Of a DNA stretch of 64,000 nt, positions 50,639 through 60,179 are shown piece by piece. The position numbers were made by a program, and so were the translations under genes. Origin of the DNA: Candidatus Cloacimonadota bacterium (GTDB taxonomy: Bacteria > Muiribacteriota > UBA6191); NCBI GenBank assembly GCA_023954715.1, contig JAGSHD010000001.1, positions 300,468 to 364,467 on the forward strand, in the 5' to 3' direction. Position 1 is the stretch's first letter. The number at the start of each line of letters is the position of its first letter. The notes below the pieces were generated by a model. The model ran no database searches, had not been told where the DNA came from, and was given only the letters and a program-made list of their open reading frames with translations.

Positions 50639-50755
50639 CCAAAGGGTTTATATGATTAGTGTATTTTACATTTGCTTGATTTCGACTAGTACTAGTGTAC
50701 TAGAGAAATCAATGAAAAGTAAAAGACGCAATCAGATAAACCCGAAAGCACCGAA

Positions 50756-51679
50756 TTAGTAGACCATTGATAGCTCTGCCGGCCCACCAAATTTGGATTT
50801 ATCAGATGTACACTCTAAAGCATGCTTTACCGTTTTACCGATAGATGCTGGAGTTTCAGCAACAAATAATCCACATTTTTTCATCATTGCTAGTTTTGCG
50901 TCAGCAGTATCATCTCCACCAGAAACAATCGCACCAGCATGACCCATTCGTCGTCCTGGAGGCGCAGTTTTACCAGCGATAAAACCAATAACTGGCTTAG
51001 TCATATTATCTCGGATCCATTTAGCAGCATCAGTCTCTAGCTGTCCACCAATTTCACCGATTAAAACAACAGCATCTGTATCAGCATCTGCTTCGAATAA
51101 TTTTAATAAATCAATATAACCAGTACCGATGATTGGATCTCCACCAATACCGATACAAGTAGATTGTCCGATGTTTAACTCACTTAACTGATTTACAGCT
51201 TCGTAAGTTAATGTACCTGACTTAGAAATAACTCCTACTCTACCTTTTTGGTGAATAAAACCTGGCATAATACCGATTTTAGCCTCACCTGGAGTAATGA
51301 TACCAGGACAGTTTGGCCCGATCATTCTAGAGTCAGAGTTTTTTAACGCACTATTTACTTTAACCATATCATTTACAGGAATACCTTCTGTAATTGTTAC
51401 GATTAATTCTATTCCAGCTTCGATTGCTTCTAGAACGGCATCAGCAGCAAAAGCTGGTGGTACGAAAATTAAAGAAACATTACATCCAGTAGCAAGTCTT
51501 GCTTGTGCTACAGTATCAAATACCGGAACACCTTCAAATTCTTGTCCACCCTTACCAGGAGTAACTCCACCTACAAGGTTAGTACCATACTCCATACATT
51601 GCTTAGCGTGAAATCCGCCTTCTTTTCCTGTGATTCCTTGTACAATAACTTTAGAATCGTCTCCAACAAGTATACTCAT
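50756..51679 (-). CDS. sucD: Succinyl-CoA synthetase alpha subunit.
   Basis: It has the CoA-binding N-terminus (VQGITGKEG) and the phosphohistidine loop ([10 protein letters not shown]). Confidence 0.95.
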   Translation of the reverse strand: MSILVGDDSKVIVQGITGKEGGFHAKQCMEYGTNLVGGVTPGKGGQEFEGVPVFDTVAQARLATGCNVSLIFVPPAFAADAVLEAIEAGIELIVTITEGIPVNDMVKVNSALKNSDSRMIGPNCPGIITPGEAKIGIMPGFIHQKGRVGVISKSGTLTYEAVNQLSELNIGQSTCIGIGGDPIIGTGYIDLLKLFEADADTDAVVLIGEIGGQLETDAAKWIRDNMTKPVIGFIAGKTAPPGRRMGHAGAIVSGGDDTADAKLAMMKKCGLFVAETPASIGKTVKHALECTSDKSKFGGPAELSMVY

Positions 51680-51697
51680 TTTAAATCCTCCTAAAGA

Positions 51698-52864
51698 TTA
51701 CTTAACAGTATCACAAACTTTTTGAGCTGCATCTTCTAAATTAGAAGCAGCAATAACACTAACACCAGACTCTTCAAGTAGTTTTTTAGCTTCAATGGCA
51801 TTTGTACCTGCTAAACGAACAACTAAAGGAAGCTCTAATTTCGATGTTTTCATAGCATCAACAACACCTTGAGCTACACGATCACATCGAACAATTCCAC
51901 CAAAAATATTGATTAAAATTGCCTTTACGTTTTTATCTTTTTGAAAAATTTTGAAAGCATTAGCAACTCGAGTAGCATCTGCTGTTCCACCAACATCTAA
52001 AAAGTTTGCTGGAGATCCACCATAAGCTTTAATGATATCCATAGTACCCATCGCTAATCCAGCACCGTTCACCATACATCCAACGTTTCCGTCTAACTTA
52101 ATATAGTTTAAACCATAGTTTTGGGCTTCAAGCTCTAAAGGCTCTTCTTCGTTAGCATCATGATATTTTAGGATTTCTTTTTGTCGATAAAAAGCACTAT
52201 CATCAATATTGATTTTACAATCTAGAGCAAACATTTCTTTTTGAGCAGTTACTACTAAAGGATTGATTTCAATTAAGCTACAATCTTTATCAACATAAAC
52301 ATTGTAAAGCGCCTTACAGAAATGTGAAAACTTCTTTTGAAGATCTTTATCAGTGAACTCCATTCCAGCAATTAGCTTTCTGATGTTAGAAGCTGTCAAA
52401 CCGTTAGCTGGGTCAACTCTTACTTTAATAATTTTATCAGGAGTTTCAGCTGAAACTTTTTCAATGTCCATTCCACCTTCTGTAGAACCAATCATTGTAA
52501 TTTTACCTGAGTCTCTATCTAGAGTAACACCTAAGTAATACTCATGCTCGATATCCATACCCTGCTCAATCAAAAGCTTTCGAACTTTTTGTCCTTCTGG
52601 ACCTGTTTGATGAGTCACCAATTGCATTCCTAAAATATCTTTAGCATGCTGTTCGGCTTCTTGAAGAGTTTTTGCTAATTTAACTCCTCCACCTTTTCCT
52701 CGTCCACCAGCGTGGATCTGTGCCTTAATTACAGACAATTTTGTAGGAAGTTTCTTAACTAATTTCTTTACATCGGATACTTTGTCCGTTACAAATCCAA
52801 CAGGAATTTGAATGTCATATTCCTTTAGAATCTCTTTGGCTTGGTACTCATGAATTTTCATCAC
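51698..52864 (-). CDS. sucC: Succinyl-CoA synthetase beta subunit.
   Basis: It has the ATP-grasp N-terminus MKIHEYQAKEILKEY. It is 388 aa and lies upstream of sucD. Confidence 0.95.
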   Translation of the reverse strand: MMKIHEYQAKEILKEYDIQIPVGFVTDKVSDVKKLVKKLPTKLSVIKAQIHAGGRGKGGGVKLAKTLQEAEQHAKDILGMQLVTHQTGPEGQKVRKLLIEQGMDIEHEYYLGVTLDRDSGKITMIGSTEGGMDIEKVSAETPDKIIKVRVDPANGLTASNIRKLIAGMEFTDKDLQKKFSHFCKALYNVYVDKDCSLIEINPLVVTAQKEMFALDCKINIDDSAFYRQKEILKYHDANEEEPLELEAQNYGLNYIKLDGNVGCMVNGAGLAMGTMDIIKAYGGSPANFLDVGGTADATRVANAFKIFQKDKNVKAILINIFGGIVRCDRVAQGVVDAMKTSKLELPLVVRLAGTNAIEAKKLLEESGVSVIAASNLEDAAQKVCDTVK

Positions 52865-52888
52865 TAACCCTCTAAATGTTACATGTGG

Positions 52889-55105
52889 TTACAAAAGCTT
52901 GTTACGCAAACGTTGTGCTAATAAGTTCGAAGGAAACTTCAATAAGTAGCTTTTTATTAAAGAAGCTTGTTTATCTTTCATCTTGTTTTCTTCATAAAAA
53001 TCGGACAACTGTTCAATTACCCATGAAGTATAATGCGCTTGAGGGAATTCTTCAAACATTTCTATGCTCGATTTCTCCCATTTTGCAAATAATTCACGTT
53101 TTTTGGCTAAATCAGTCTCAATTGATGCCTTAATCTTATTTTTTTGATTTGTAGAATACGCTAAAAATGGAGAAATTTTGAAAAACACCTTATCATCAGC
53201 AGTAATACTTTTAACTTCATCTATAGATTTTTGCAGTTTTTCAACCTCATTACTCATAATCATTCGATGAATATCTACCAAGTGTGGAAAAAATTCCTTC
53301 TCTAGATTTTCTGTGTGGTAAAGCAAAAATTCATACATATCAACCATTTGTGCATAATATGGATGCTTTAGTTCAATATACAAAAATGCTTTAGCTATAT
53401 TTTTTGCGTTTTCATAGTCATAAGTAAAAAATGATTTAAAGAAAAATAACACCTGTAGGTCAGATTTATCAAAGTGTGACTTTTCTTTTTCTAATAGTGT
53501 ATCTAGTTTTTTCCATTGTAATGTAGCTATCAGTGCAAAAGCCTCTATCTGCAAGAGAGCCTTACTATTTTTTCGTGCAAGTCTAACTGGAATAGAATTT
53601 CGGGTTTGAATAATTTTAAGCAGTCTAGTAGAGCTAATCACATTATTTTTTGAAAGCAATATTACTTTCTTCAATAGTTCTAAATTATCAGATTTAACTT
53701 CAACCAAAGGGTTTAAATAAATCCACGCTTTACTTAGTTTTCCGAGTTGATAATAAGAATTACCCAAAATGTATTGAACATCTTGATTACTTTTATCTTG
53801 CTTTTCCAACAAAAACAATACAGATTTAAATTTAGATATTTTATAAAAGTCATGAGCCAGACTAATAATATACTCTGAGGAGTGACCCCTTAAAAAGGGT
53901 GACAAGTTGATTGACATATCAACTTGTTTTTCTGCTAACATAGCGGCCATCTCTACTACAACTGGTCCAAACTTAGGATACATTTCTGCGAAGGTATCTA
54001 AAACCAAAACCCATTTATCCTCAGAGTATGAGTCTGCAATTTTTTGAGCTAGGTACTTTCCAGATACTCTCCCATAAGCATATACAACTTCATTTATAAA
54101 AGCCTTATGATCCATTCTCATAGAATAACTAAAAAGTAATACATTAGTCATATAAGACTTAAAGTTTAACTTTTTTCTATATTCAGCCACAAAACTCACC
54201 AATGACTCGAATTGATTATGGTCAATTAAAACTTGAGCCACATCTTTTGGATATTGAAAGGAGTTTCCCGTAGCTGCGAGATAATCAAACAGGAGTTTTT
54301 TACCTTGCTCTGCTTTATTATTAGTAAAATAAAAAGAAGCTAAGTTTCTTGTGTTATGAAAAACTCTTTTACCTTTTTTAATTTTCAATAAATATGCTTC
54401 TTCTAAAAGAGCCTTGTCATTGGTTCTATCTGCTATTTCAATCATTAATTCAGCAATAGCATTTGTTTTTAATCCTCTTATTTTTTGAAATCGATCTTTA
54501 GCTTGATCCAAATGTCCCTCTAACAAAAGTAATTGTATAAACTTAATTTTCATGGAACTAAGAGAAAATGTCTTAGATTTAGCTTGATCAAAAAAGTCTT
54601 TACTGGTGTTTAGCGCGGAGTGTGCATCATATACATATTGCATTACTAAAGCAGAACTATATTCCGTATTTTCTTTGATGATTTCTTCATAAAAACCATT
54701 TTCCAATTTACTTTTCAAAAAGAGTTCACGCCATTTAGACATTTTTAGTCGATCAGCTGGAATAGTAAATTTAATACTAGTTAGCTCTTCTCTATTAAGA
54801 CTGTTTTTCTTATAAAAATTGATTAGAGTATCTTCTAACAAAGTCTTTTTGTTATCACTCAAACTATCGTAAGTAGACAATACATTTTTAAGATGGTCCA
54901 AATCCCTATGAATCAAGTAGTTTAAAAGCTCTTTATAAAAGTCGGCATCGGGAGCCTGACTACGTTGTCTATTACTCGATAAGTAAAACAATGCTTGAGA
55001 GTAATTCCCAGAAACCATTAAAGTGTTTACCAAATTAAAGGATTGAGAAAAAGTAGAGACTACCAAGCTAAAACATAATACTAGAGTGATTACGAGTGTT
55101 TTCAT
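52889..55105 (-). CDS. Large secreted all-helical (TPR/Sel1-like) hypothetical protein, 738 aa.
   Basis: It has a signal peptide (MKTLVITLVLCFSLVVSTFSQ) and repetitive helical content. It stops 25 nt before the sucC start. Confidence 0.6.
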   Translation of the reverse strand: MKTLVITLVLCFSLVVSTFSQSFNLVNTLMVSGNYSQALFYLSSNRQRSQAPDADFYKELLNYLIHRDLDHLKNVLSTYDSLSDNKKTLLEDTLINFYKKNSLNREELTSIKFTIPADRLKMSKWRELFLKSKLENGFYEEIIKENTEYSSALVMQYVYDAHSALNTSKDFFDQAKSKTFSLSSMKIKFIQLLLLEGHLDQAKDRFQKIRGLKTNAIAELMIEIADRTNDKALLEEAYLLKIKKGKRVFHNTRNLASFYFTNNKAEQGKKLLFDYLAATGNSFQYPKDVAQVLIDHNQFESLVSFVAEYRKKLNFKSYMTNVLLFSYSMRMDHKAFINEVVYAYGRVSGKYLAQKIADSYSEDKWVLVLDTFAEMYPKFGPVVVEMAAMLAEKQVDMSINLSPFLRGHSSEYIISLAHDFYKISKFKSVLFLLEKQDKSNQDVQYILGNSYYQLGKLSKAWIYLNPLVEVKSDNLELLKKVILLSKNNVISSTRLLKIIQTRNSIPVRLARKNSKALLQIEAFALIATLQWKKLDTLLEKEKSHFDKSDLQVLFFFKSFFTYDYENAKNIAKAFLYIELKHPYYAQMVDMYEFLLYHTENLEKEFFPHLVDIHRMIMSNEVEKLQKSIDEVKSITADDKVFFKISPFLAYSTNQKNKIKASIETDLAKKRELFAKWEKSSIEMFEEFPQAHYTSWVIEQLSDFYEENKMKDKQASLIKSYLLKFPSNLLAQRLRNKLL

Positions 55106-55414
55106 ATTGTTCCTGTGTTAACGATAAGATATGGTTAAGTAAATCGTTTTGTATTTTTCTGTGAATTTCTATCTTTAGATAAAAAACTTAAGTTATTCCC
55201 TGTATTCTCCATAGACAGTCACTACTATAGTAGTTTTTACTTATTTTTTAAAGAGAATAGTTATTTTCAAAATGACCCATAAAAAAATCCTTTTGTTTCC
55301 TAAAGACTTTTAACTAATATTCATGTAATATTATGAGCATCAAAACAATGTCATGCTTAAAAATTACAATCATTCATGCTTAATAAATAAGAAGCACACC
55401 GTATCGGAGTATTT

Positions 55415-55903
55415 ATGTCACTAGGACGAAAATTTGAAACCTTTGAACCACTATATAAAGGTAAACTCATTCTTTCTGGAGTTTTTGGATTTATATTTCT
55501 AATATTCTTTTTATCCGGAGGACTTATCGGTAAAATATTTTTCGGACTATTACTCGCTGGTTGTGGCTATACTGCTTATGAAGCATTAGCTCTTAAAAAT
55601 AGTAGACTTTCTTTTTTTGAAAAAGGAATTCAAGTCAAAATGCCAAACTCGGTTCAGTTTGAAATTCCTAGAGATATGATAGAAGACTTTAGTTGGCAAG
55701 CTGATGAAATTACTGAGCAAGATGGATATTCATCTGATACGAAACATAAAATTACTTTTCTAATCTCCTATGAGACAGACTCTGGTGACTTTGAAGAAAT
55801 TAACTGGACTGAAGAGTTTGAACAAGGAAGCATTCAAAGACTCCAAAGAGCTATGGATCGTGAAATGGATGTTCAAGACGAAGACGATTATTACGACGAA
55901 TAA
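55415..55903 (+). CDS. Hypothetical membrane protein with an acidic C-terminus. It is the first gene of a three-gene unknown operon.
   Basis: GGAG lies 6 nt upstream. It has two TM helices and a DEDDYYDE tail. Confidence 0.5.
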   Translation: MSLGRKFETFEPLYKGKLILSGVFGFIFLIFFLSGGLIGKIFFGLLLAGCGYTAYEALALKNSRLSFFEKGIQVKMPNSVQFEIPRDMIEDFSWQADEITEQDGYSSDTKHKITFLISYETDSGDFEEINWTEEFEQGSIQRLQRAMDREMDVQDEDDYYDE

Positions 55904-55908
55904 AACTT

Positions 55909-57546
55909 ATGTCTGATGCAATATCAAAACAACAAATTGATCAATTAGATGCAGCCCTCTCAGAGATTTTAATTGGTAACTCCAAACGGGGTGACATTTA
56001 CTTTTTGCAAACCCTTTGTGACTTGCTACGAAATCAACCTCAAATACTTGATTATAGTCTCAAAGTAGAAAAGGGCTTAAAAACATCATTCATATTAATC
56101 ACCCTTGAAAAAATTTTTTCATATTGTCTTAGGTATTCTCACGCCATATATCAACCTTATTTTCCGCCTACTCCTACTGTATTAGAAAAGGTGTCTAAGG
56201 TGCTAAAACTCCACTTTCCGGAAAGCGAAAATGATATTATCAAAGTTTTTTTAAGCTTGACCAAAGAAAAGGTTCCTGAAATACATAAAGCAATTAAGGA
56301 CCTTTACAATATTGGTGAATCCAAGATAACTCAAGCCGTTTCATTAACCGCCAATAAAAATCACTGCTCAGTACCTAACTATAAAGATCCGGGAGTCTAT
56401 GCTACTGGTATTTCTGAACTATGGGACTCTAAACCTACCAAAGAGGTAGAGTGGGATCCTGAGTTTTTGAGTAATTTTCCAAGTTGGGCCAAAGGTGTTT
56501 TAAATGGAATGGTTCGAACTTTTGCCTTATATCAAATCATGCAAAAGTCTAAAGTTAATACAAGATTTTTAATCAATGATGTAAAACTTCAAGCGCAACA
56601 TAATTTAGTTAATCTACTAATCACTTGCGAGTACTTTTGGCTATACAATCGTAGAGAAGTAGATATGGATCGAGGTTTACCGCTCTCCCAAACCAGAATC
56701 ATCATGTATGGGCAAATTAATGCGATTTCCGATCAATTTATTCGCTTGTTACCAGAGAATCACCCATTTTTTGAATCTAACGATCGTCGAAATTGGGCCG
56801 CAGAAAGAGTGAGTGGCACTAAGGGGGCTCAAAAATTAGTTTTAAGATTTTTAAACTTTGAAGAAGAGTTAATGGTAGAGTGTACCGATGGATCAATATT
56901 TTTTCGTCCCACCAATCGTACCCTTGCTATTGATGCACCAAGTGGTGATGATGTTCCTACAACTAAGGTAATTAAATCAAAACAATACACAATAAAAAGC
57001 TACCAAGATATGGGAGTTCGTGAAGCAGCCATTGCCGAGTTGATGGCTGTCCAAAAGAGTGAATATTGTTGGCAACTAGAAAACTTTGCTAGATTTGATA
57101 CTTGGGCTATTGGAATTTTAAAATCCATGTTTCGTACTCAATCGTTAATGGGACGATTCATAGAAAGTAATGACTTATCCATCAAGACAGACCGTGGTCC
57201 AATTCAACCTGTCCACGTTGCTGTTAAGATTTTAATAGGCTGTGAATACTACTGGCAATTCAATATTCGAGAAGTACGTCTATCTAATGAAACAACATTT
57301 GAAGAAAAAAACAAAGTTCATCAAGATCAAATTTATACCATCTATGAAGAATTTTTAGAAGTCTATCCAATAGAACACCCATTCCATGAAGGCAAAGAAA
57401 AGGAAAGGGCTAGAAGATGGACTATACAACGAATAAAAGGTACAAATGGGGCGGCAAAAGTCTTTCTTCAATATAAAGGCTCTGAAGGAACATTTATGAT
57501 CGAAGCCACCGGAACCTCGGTGAGCATTAAAGAGGTAATCAAGTAA
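55909..57546 (+). CDS. Hypothetical protein of 545 aa with an internal tandem duplication of a ~170-aa domain.
   Basis: The halves align. WAKGVLNGMVRTFALYQIM...LITCEYFWLYNRREV...NHPFFESNDRRNWAAERVSGTKGAQKLVLRF pairs with WAIGILKSMFRTQSLMGRF...LIGCEYYWQFNIREV...EHPFHEGKEKERARRWTIQRIKGTNGAAKVFLQY. Confidence 0.6.
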   Translation: MSDAISKQQIDQLDAALSEILIGNSKRGDIYFLQTLCDLLRNQPQILDYSLKVEKGLKTSFILITLEKIFSYCLRYSHAIYQPYFPPTPTVLEKVSKVLKLHFPESENDIIKVFLSLTKEKVPEIHKAIKDLYNIGESKITQAVSLTANKNHCSVPNYKDPGVYATGISELWDSKPTKEVEWDPEFLSNFPSWAKGVLNGMVRTFALYQIMQKSKVNTRFLINDVKLQAQHNLVNLLITCEYFWLYNRREVDMDRGLPLSQTRIIMYGQINAISDQFIRLLPENHPFFESNDRRNWAAERVSGTKGAQKLVLRFLNFEEELMVECTDGSIFFRPTNRTLAIDAPSGDDVPTTKVIKSKQYTIKSYQDMGVREAAIAELMAVQKSEYCWQLENFARFDTWAIGILKSMFRTQSLMGRFIESNDLSIKTDRGPIQPVHVAVKILIGCEYYWQFNIREVRLSNETTFEEKNKVHQDQIYTIYEEFLEVYPIEHPFHEGKEKERARRWTIQRIKGTNGAAKVFLQYKGSEGTFMIEATGTSVSIKEVIK

Positions 57547-57649
57547 ACAAGGACCTTTGGAAACTTTTTTACGATGTTTTCGTATTATATATGACGATGT
57601 TAAATTAATTCAGTATTTGAATGAGTTTTATACCAATCTAAGGACCAAT

Positions 57650-58867
57650 ATGTTACGTCGATTTTTTATCTTGTTTTCAATTGCAATGCCGATTCTTTCT
57701 GCAAGTCCAACGATTGATGATATTAACCAAGGCCCTAAAAATCCAACTCCTCAAGTGCAAACTCAACAAAAAAGAGCGGATTGGGAGCACTCTATCCCTA
57801 CTTTAATTAAAGCTTTGGAGCTCATCGATCTACGATTGTATGATGAGTTTACTGCTGATTACAAAAAGAAGGATATGAGGGTAAAGCAACACTATAGTGT
57901 TCGCTCGATTCAAAATATTACTCCTAAAAAAGATAATCAATCAGATACTACAGCTGTGTTTTCAGTAAAGTTTAATTTACAACAATCTATCTCTAGTTTA
58001 GGTGGTACACGCTTTGAAGTACAAAGACTAATGAACAATCTTCAAAAAATGGGTGGTGCAGAAGTCGAAGAAGGACCATCTAAGGGTGAAAGCCAAAGTA
58101 GATCTTTAGAAAAAATCTATAAAATTAAGTTTTTGTCCCAACCAGCATATCAAGCGAATATGCCAATTCAAACTAAAATACAAAAAGTAGAGTCGCAAGA
58201 ATCCCCTGCTGTTGAGATGGATGAAAGCAATAAAAGATACGATGTATCTGATCATCAACCTAACTGGGAGCATTCTAAAGAAACCCTAGAAAAAGCACTT
58301 AATATGATGATTTCATATACCTCTAGAAAGTTTCCTGTTTATGCTGCAAAAGATGGCGTACAGTATCATCATAGTTTTACTTTTGACACCATTGAAAACC
58401 TTACACCAAGAGAGCTTAACGCTCCAGATAAAATGCCTCCTAGCAGAAGTTTTTATCAAGTACAGGGTGGCTTAAACGACTTAATGGCAGTGTTTTTGTT
58501 TAAAGTAGTTGTAACTCAAACTAAAGTGGGGCAAGCTTATCCAAACCCCTATGCTCAGCAACAACAACAAGAGAGTGATAATGATGAGCCTAAAGTTAAA
58601 AAATTGGATCGAATCTATTTAATTAGTTTTCCTAAACAACCTTTTCAACGAAAAAGCACCTCTCCTGTAGTTAACATGCTAAACGCAGGTATGAAAGCTG
58701 CAAACTTAGAAGGCGAAGAAGTTGAAATTTCTTATGCCGGTCTGAAAGCCCAGTTTCCTAGTAATAAAGTTAAAGTAAGAAGCATCAAATCAGAAGCTGA
58801 GCTAAAAGAAATTCTGAGCGGTAAAACCTCTGAAGAGGCAGATACAACAGTTGAAGAAACTGAATAA
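57650..58867 (+). CDS. Hypothetical secreted protein (about 405 aa) with two copies of a ~120-aa repeat.
   Basis: The start is set at the ATG at 57650 after AGGA, 5-nt spacing. The upstream extension begins with TTG and lacks an SD. It has a signal peptide. The repeat (D/N)WEHS...(L/T)L(I/E)KAL...NLTP(K/R) occurs twice. Confidence 0.6.
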   Translation: MLRRFFILFSIAMPILSASPTIDDINQGPKNPTPQVQTQQKRADWEHSIPTLIKALELIDLRLYDEFTADYKKKDMRVKQHYSVRSIQNITPKKDNQSDTTAVFSVKFNLQQSISSLGGTRFEVQRLMNNLQKMGGAEVEEGPSKGESQSRSLEKIYKIKFLSQPAYQANMPIQTKIQKVESQESPAVEMDESNKRYDVSDHQPNWEHSKETLEKALNMMISYTSRKFPVYAAKDGVQYHHSFTFDTIENLTPRELNAPDKMPPSRSFYQVQGGLNDLMAVFLFKVVVTQTKVGQAYPNPYAQQQQQESDNDEPKVKKLDRIYLISFPKQPFQRKSTSPVVNMLNAGMKAANLEGEEVEISYAGLKAQFPSNKVKVRSIKSEAELKEILSGKTSEEADTTVEETE

Positions 58868-59024
58868 ATAAGACCTTAACTCGTGAATGCTCCTAAATAA
58901 GACAGGACTCTATCTTTCAGATTTATTACTTTAAAAGTGATACTCTTATTAAACTCTATTCTAGCACTTTAACTAAGATAAGCTTTTAGAGCACTAACTG
59001 CTCTTTAAAGTAAATTTAACCTAT

Positions 59025-60179
59025 ATGAGCCAAAAAACTCGCTACTCTCTAGCATTCTTTATTTTATACCTGTCTTTTGGGCTATTGATTCCTTATTTTC
59101 CAGTACTCTTTCAAAATTTAGGCTATACTCCAAGTGAAATAGCAATATTATCATCACTTCAGCCCTTCTTTCTGATGATTTTTTCGCCTATTTCAGGTTA
59201 TTTGCTTAGTAAATATCAAAAGTCACCAAAGAAAATAGTAATTTTAACTGCAGGTTTAACTTTAGCTAGCTGTTTCTTTTTGTTTTTTAAACTCACCTTT
59301 ACCATGGCCATGATTGCCTTTGGACTTCATTTTTCATTTCGTGTAATCATTAACCCCCTTTTAGATTGCCTAGCAGTAGCCTTTACAAGCTCTAGAAATC
59401 TAGAGTACGGAAAAATTAGAATTTTTGGATCATTGGGGTTTTTACTTGCTTCGTATTTAGGTGGATATTTATTTATTGGAGATAACTCTTATTATTTTTT
59501 AGTCATTTATACAGTGCTCATCGCATTATGTATCCCTGTCTTTTCTTCTTTAAAAGAAGAAGGCCTCTTTGAGGTAGAGGGAGGCATGAAAACAGCCTCT
59601 TTAAGCTCTCGTCAAATTATCTTTTTAGGGGCTGCATTTTTTATGAATATCTCTCACTGCGCCTATTTTGTATATTATTCTATATTTTTAAAAGATCAAA
59701 TGGGAATCTCTTTTGAGAATATAGGGTTTTTTTGGGTTTTCGCCGTACTTTGCGAGATCATTCTCATGCAGTTTTACAGTAAATGGTTTAGTAAGTTTTC
59801 AAGTAATACAATCATTCTTTTTTCACTGCTGGTAGCTAGCTTTCGTTGGAGTATGGTAGCTTTTGTACCTGTAGTGTGGGGACAATTTTTACTTCAAGCT
59901 TGTCATGGATTCACATTTGCAACTTTTCACCTTGCTTCTATGAATAAAGTAAAAGAACTATTTTCACTAGAAGCACAGTCCTATGGTTTTACCTTATACA
60001 ACGCTGCATCATTTGGTTTAAGCGGAGTCATTGGTAATCTATTAATAGCTTACTTGTATAACTTTATCGGAATCAAAGGCCTATTTTTATTTTCAGCTTT
60101 AATGCCTTTACTAGGTATATTTTTGTATTTAAAGGAAACATATGACAGTAAAAAGGCTATCTTAAGCAACAATAGTTAA
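59025..60179 (+). CDS. MFS-superfamily transporter (12 TM).
   Basis: It has twelve hydrophobic helices in a 6+6 arrangement with a central loop. The substrate is unknown. Confidence 0.75.
   Translation: MSQKTRYSLAFFILYLSFGLLIPYFPVLFQNLGYTPSEIAILSSLQPFFLMIFSPISGYLLSKYQKSPKKIVILTAGLTLASCFFLFFKLTFTMAMIAFGLHFSFRVIINPLLDCLAVAFTSSRNLEYGKIRIFGSLGFLLASYLGGYLFIGDNSYYFLVIYTVLIALCIPVFSSLKEEGLFEVEGGMKTASLSSRQIIFLGAAFFMNISHCAYFVYYSIFLKDQMGISFENIGFFWVFAVLCEIILMQFYSKWFSKFSSNTIILFSLLVASFRWSMVAFVPVVWGQFLLQACHGFTFATFHLASMNKVKELFSLEAQSYGFTLYNAASFGLSGVIGNLLIAYLYNFIGIKGLFLFSALMPLLGIFLYLKETYDSKKAILSNNS

Noticed and set aside
50651-50758. 35-aa ORF ([35 protein letters not shown]) in the palindrome-rich gap
   Set aside because: It has no RBS and overlaps the sucD stop region. 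It is too short to assess. It is kept only as a possibility under the intergenic finding.
51297-51694. Plus-strand ORFs 51297-51611 and 51503-51694
   Set aside because: They are antisense to sucD. The strand bearing sucD has unmistakable conservation.
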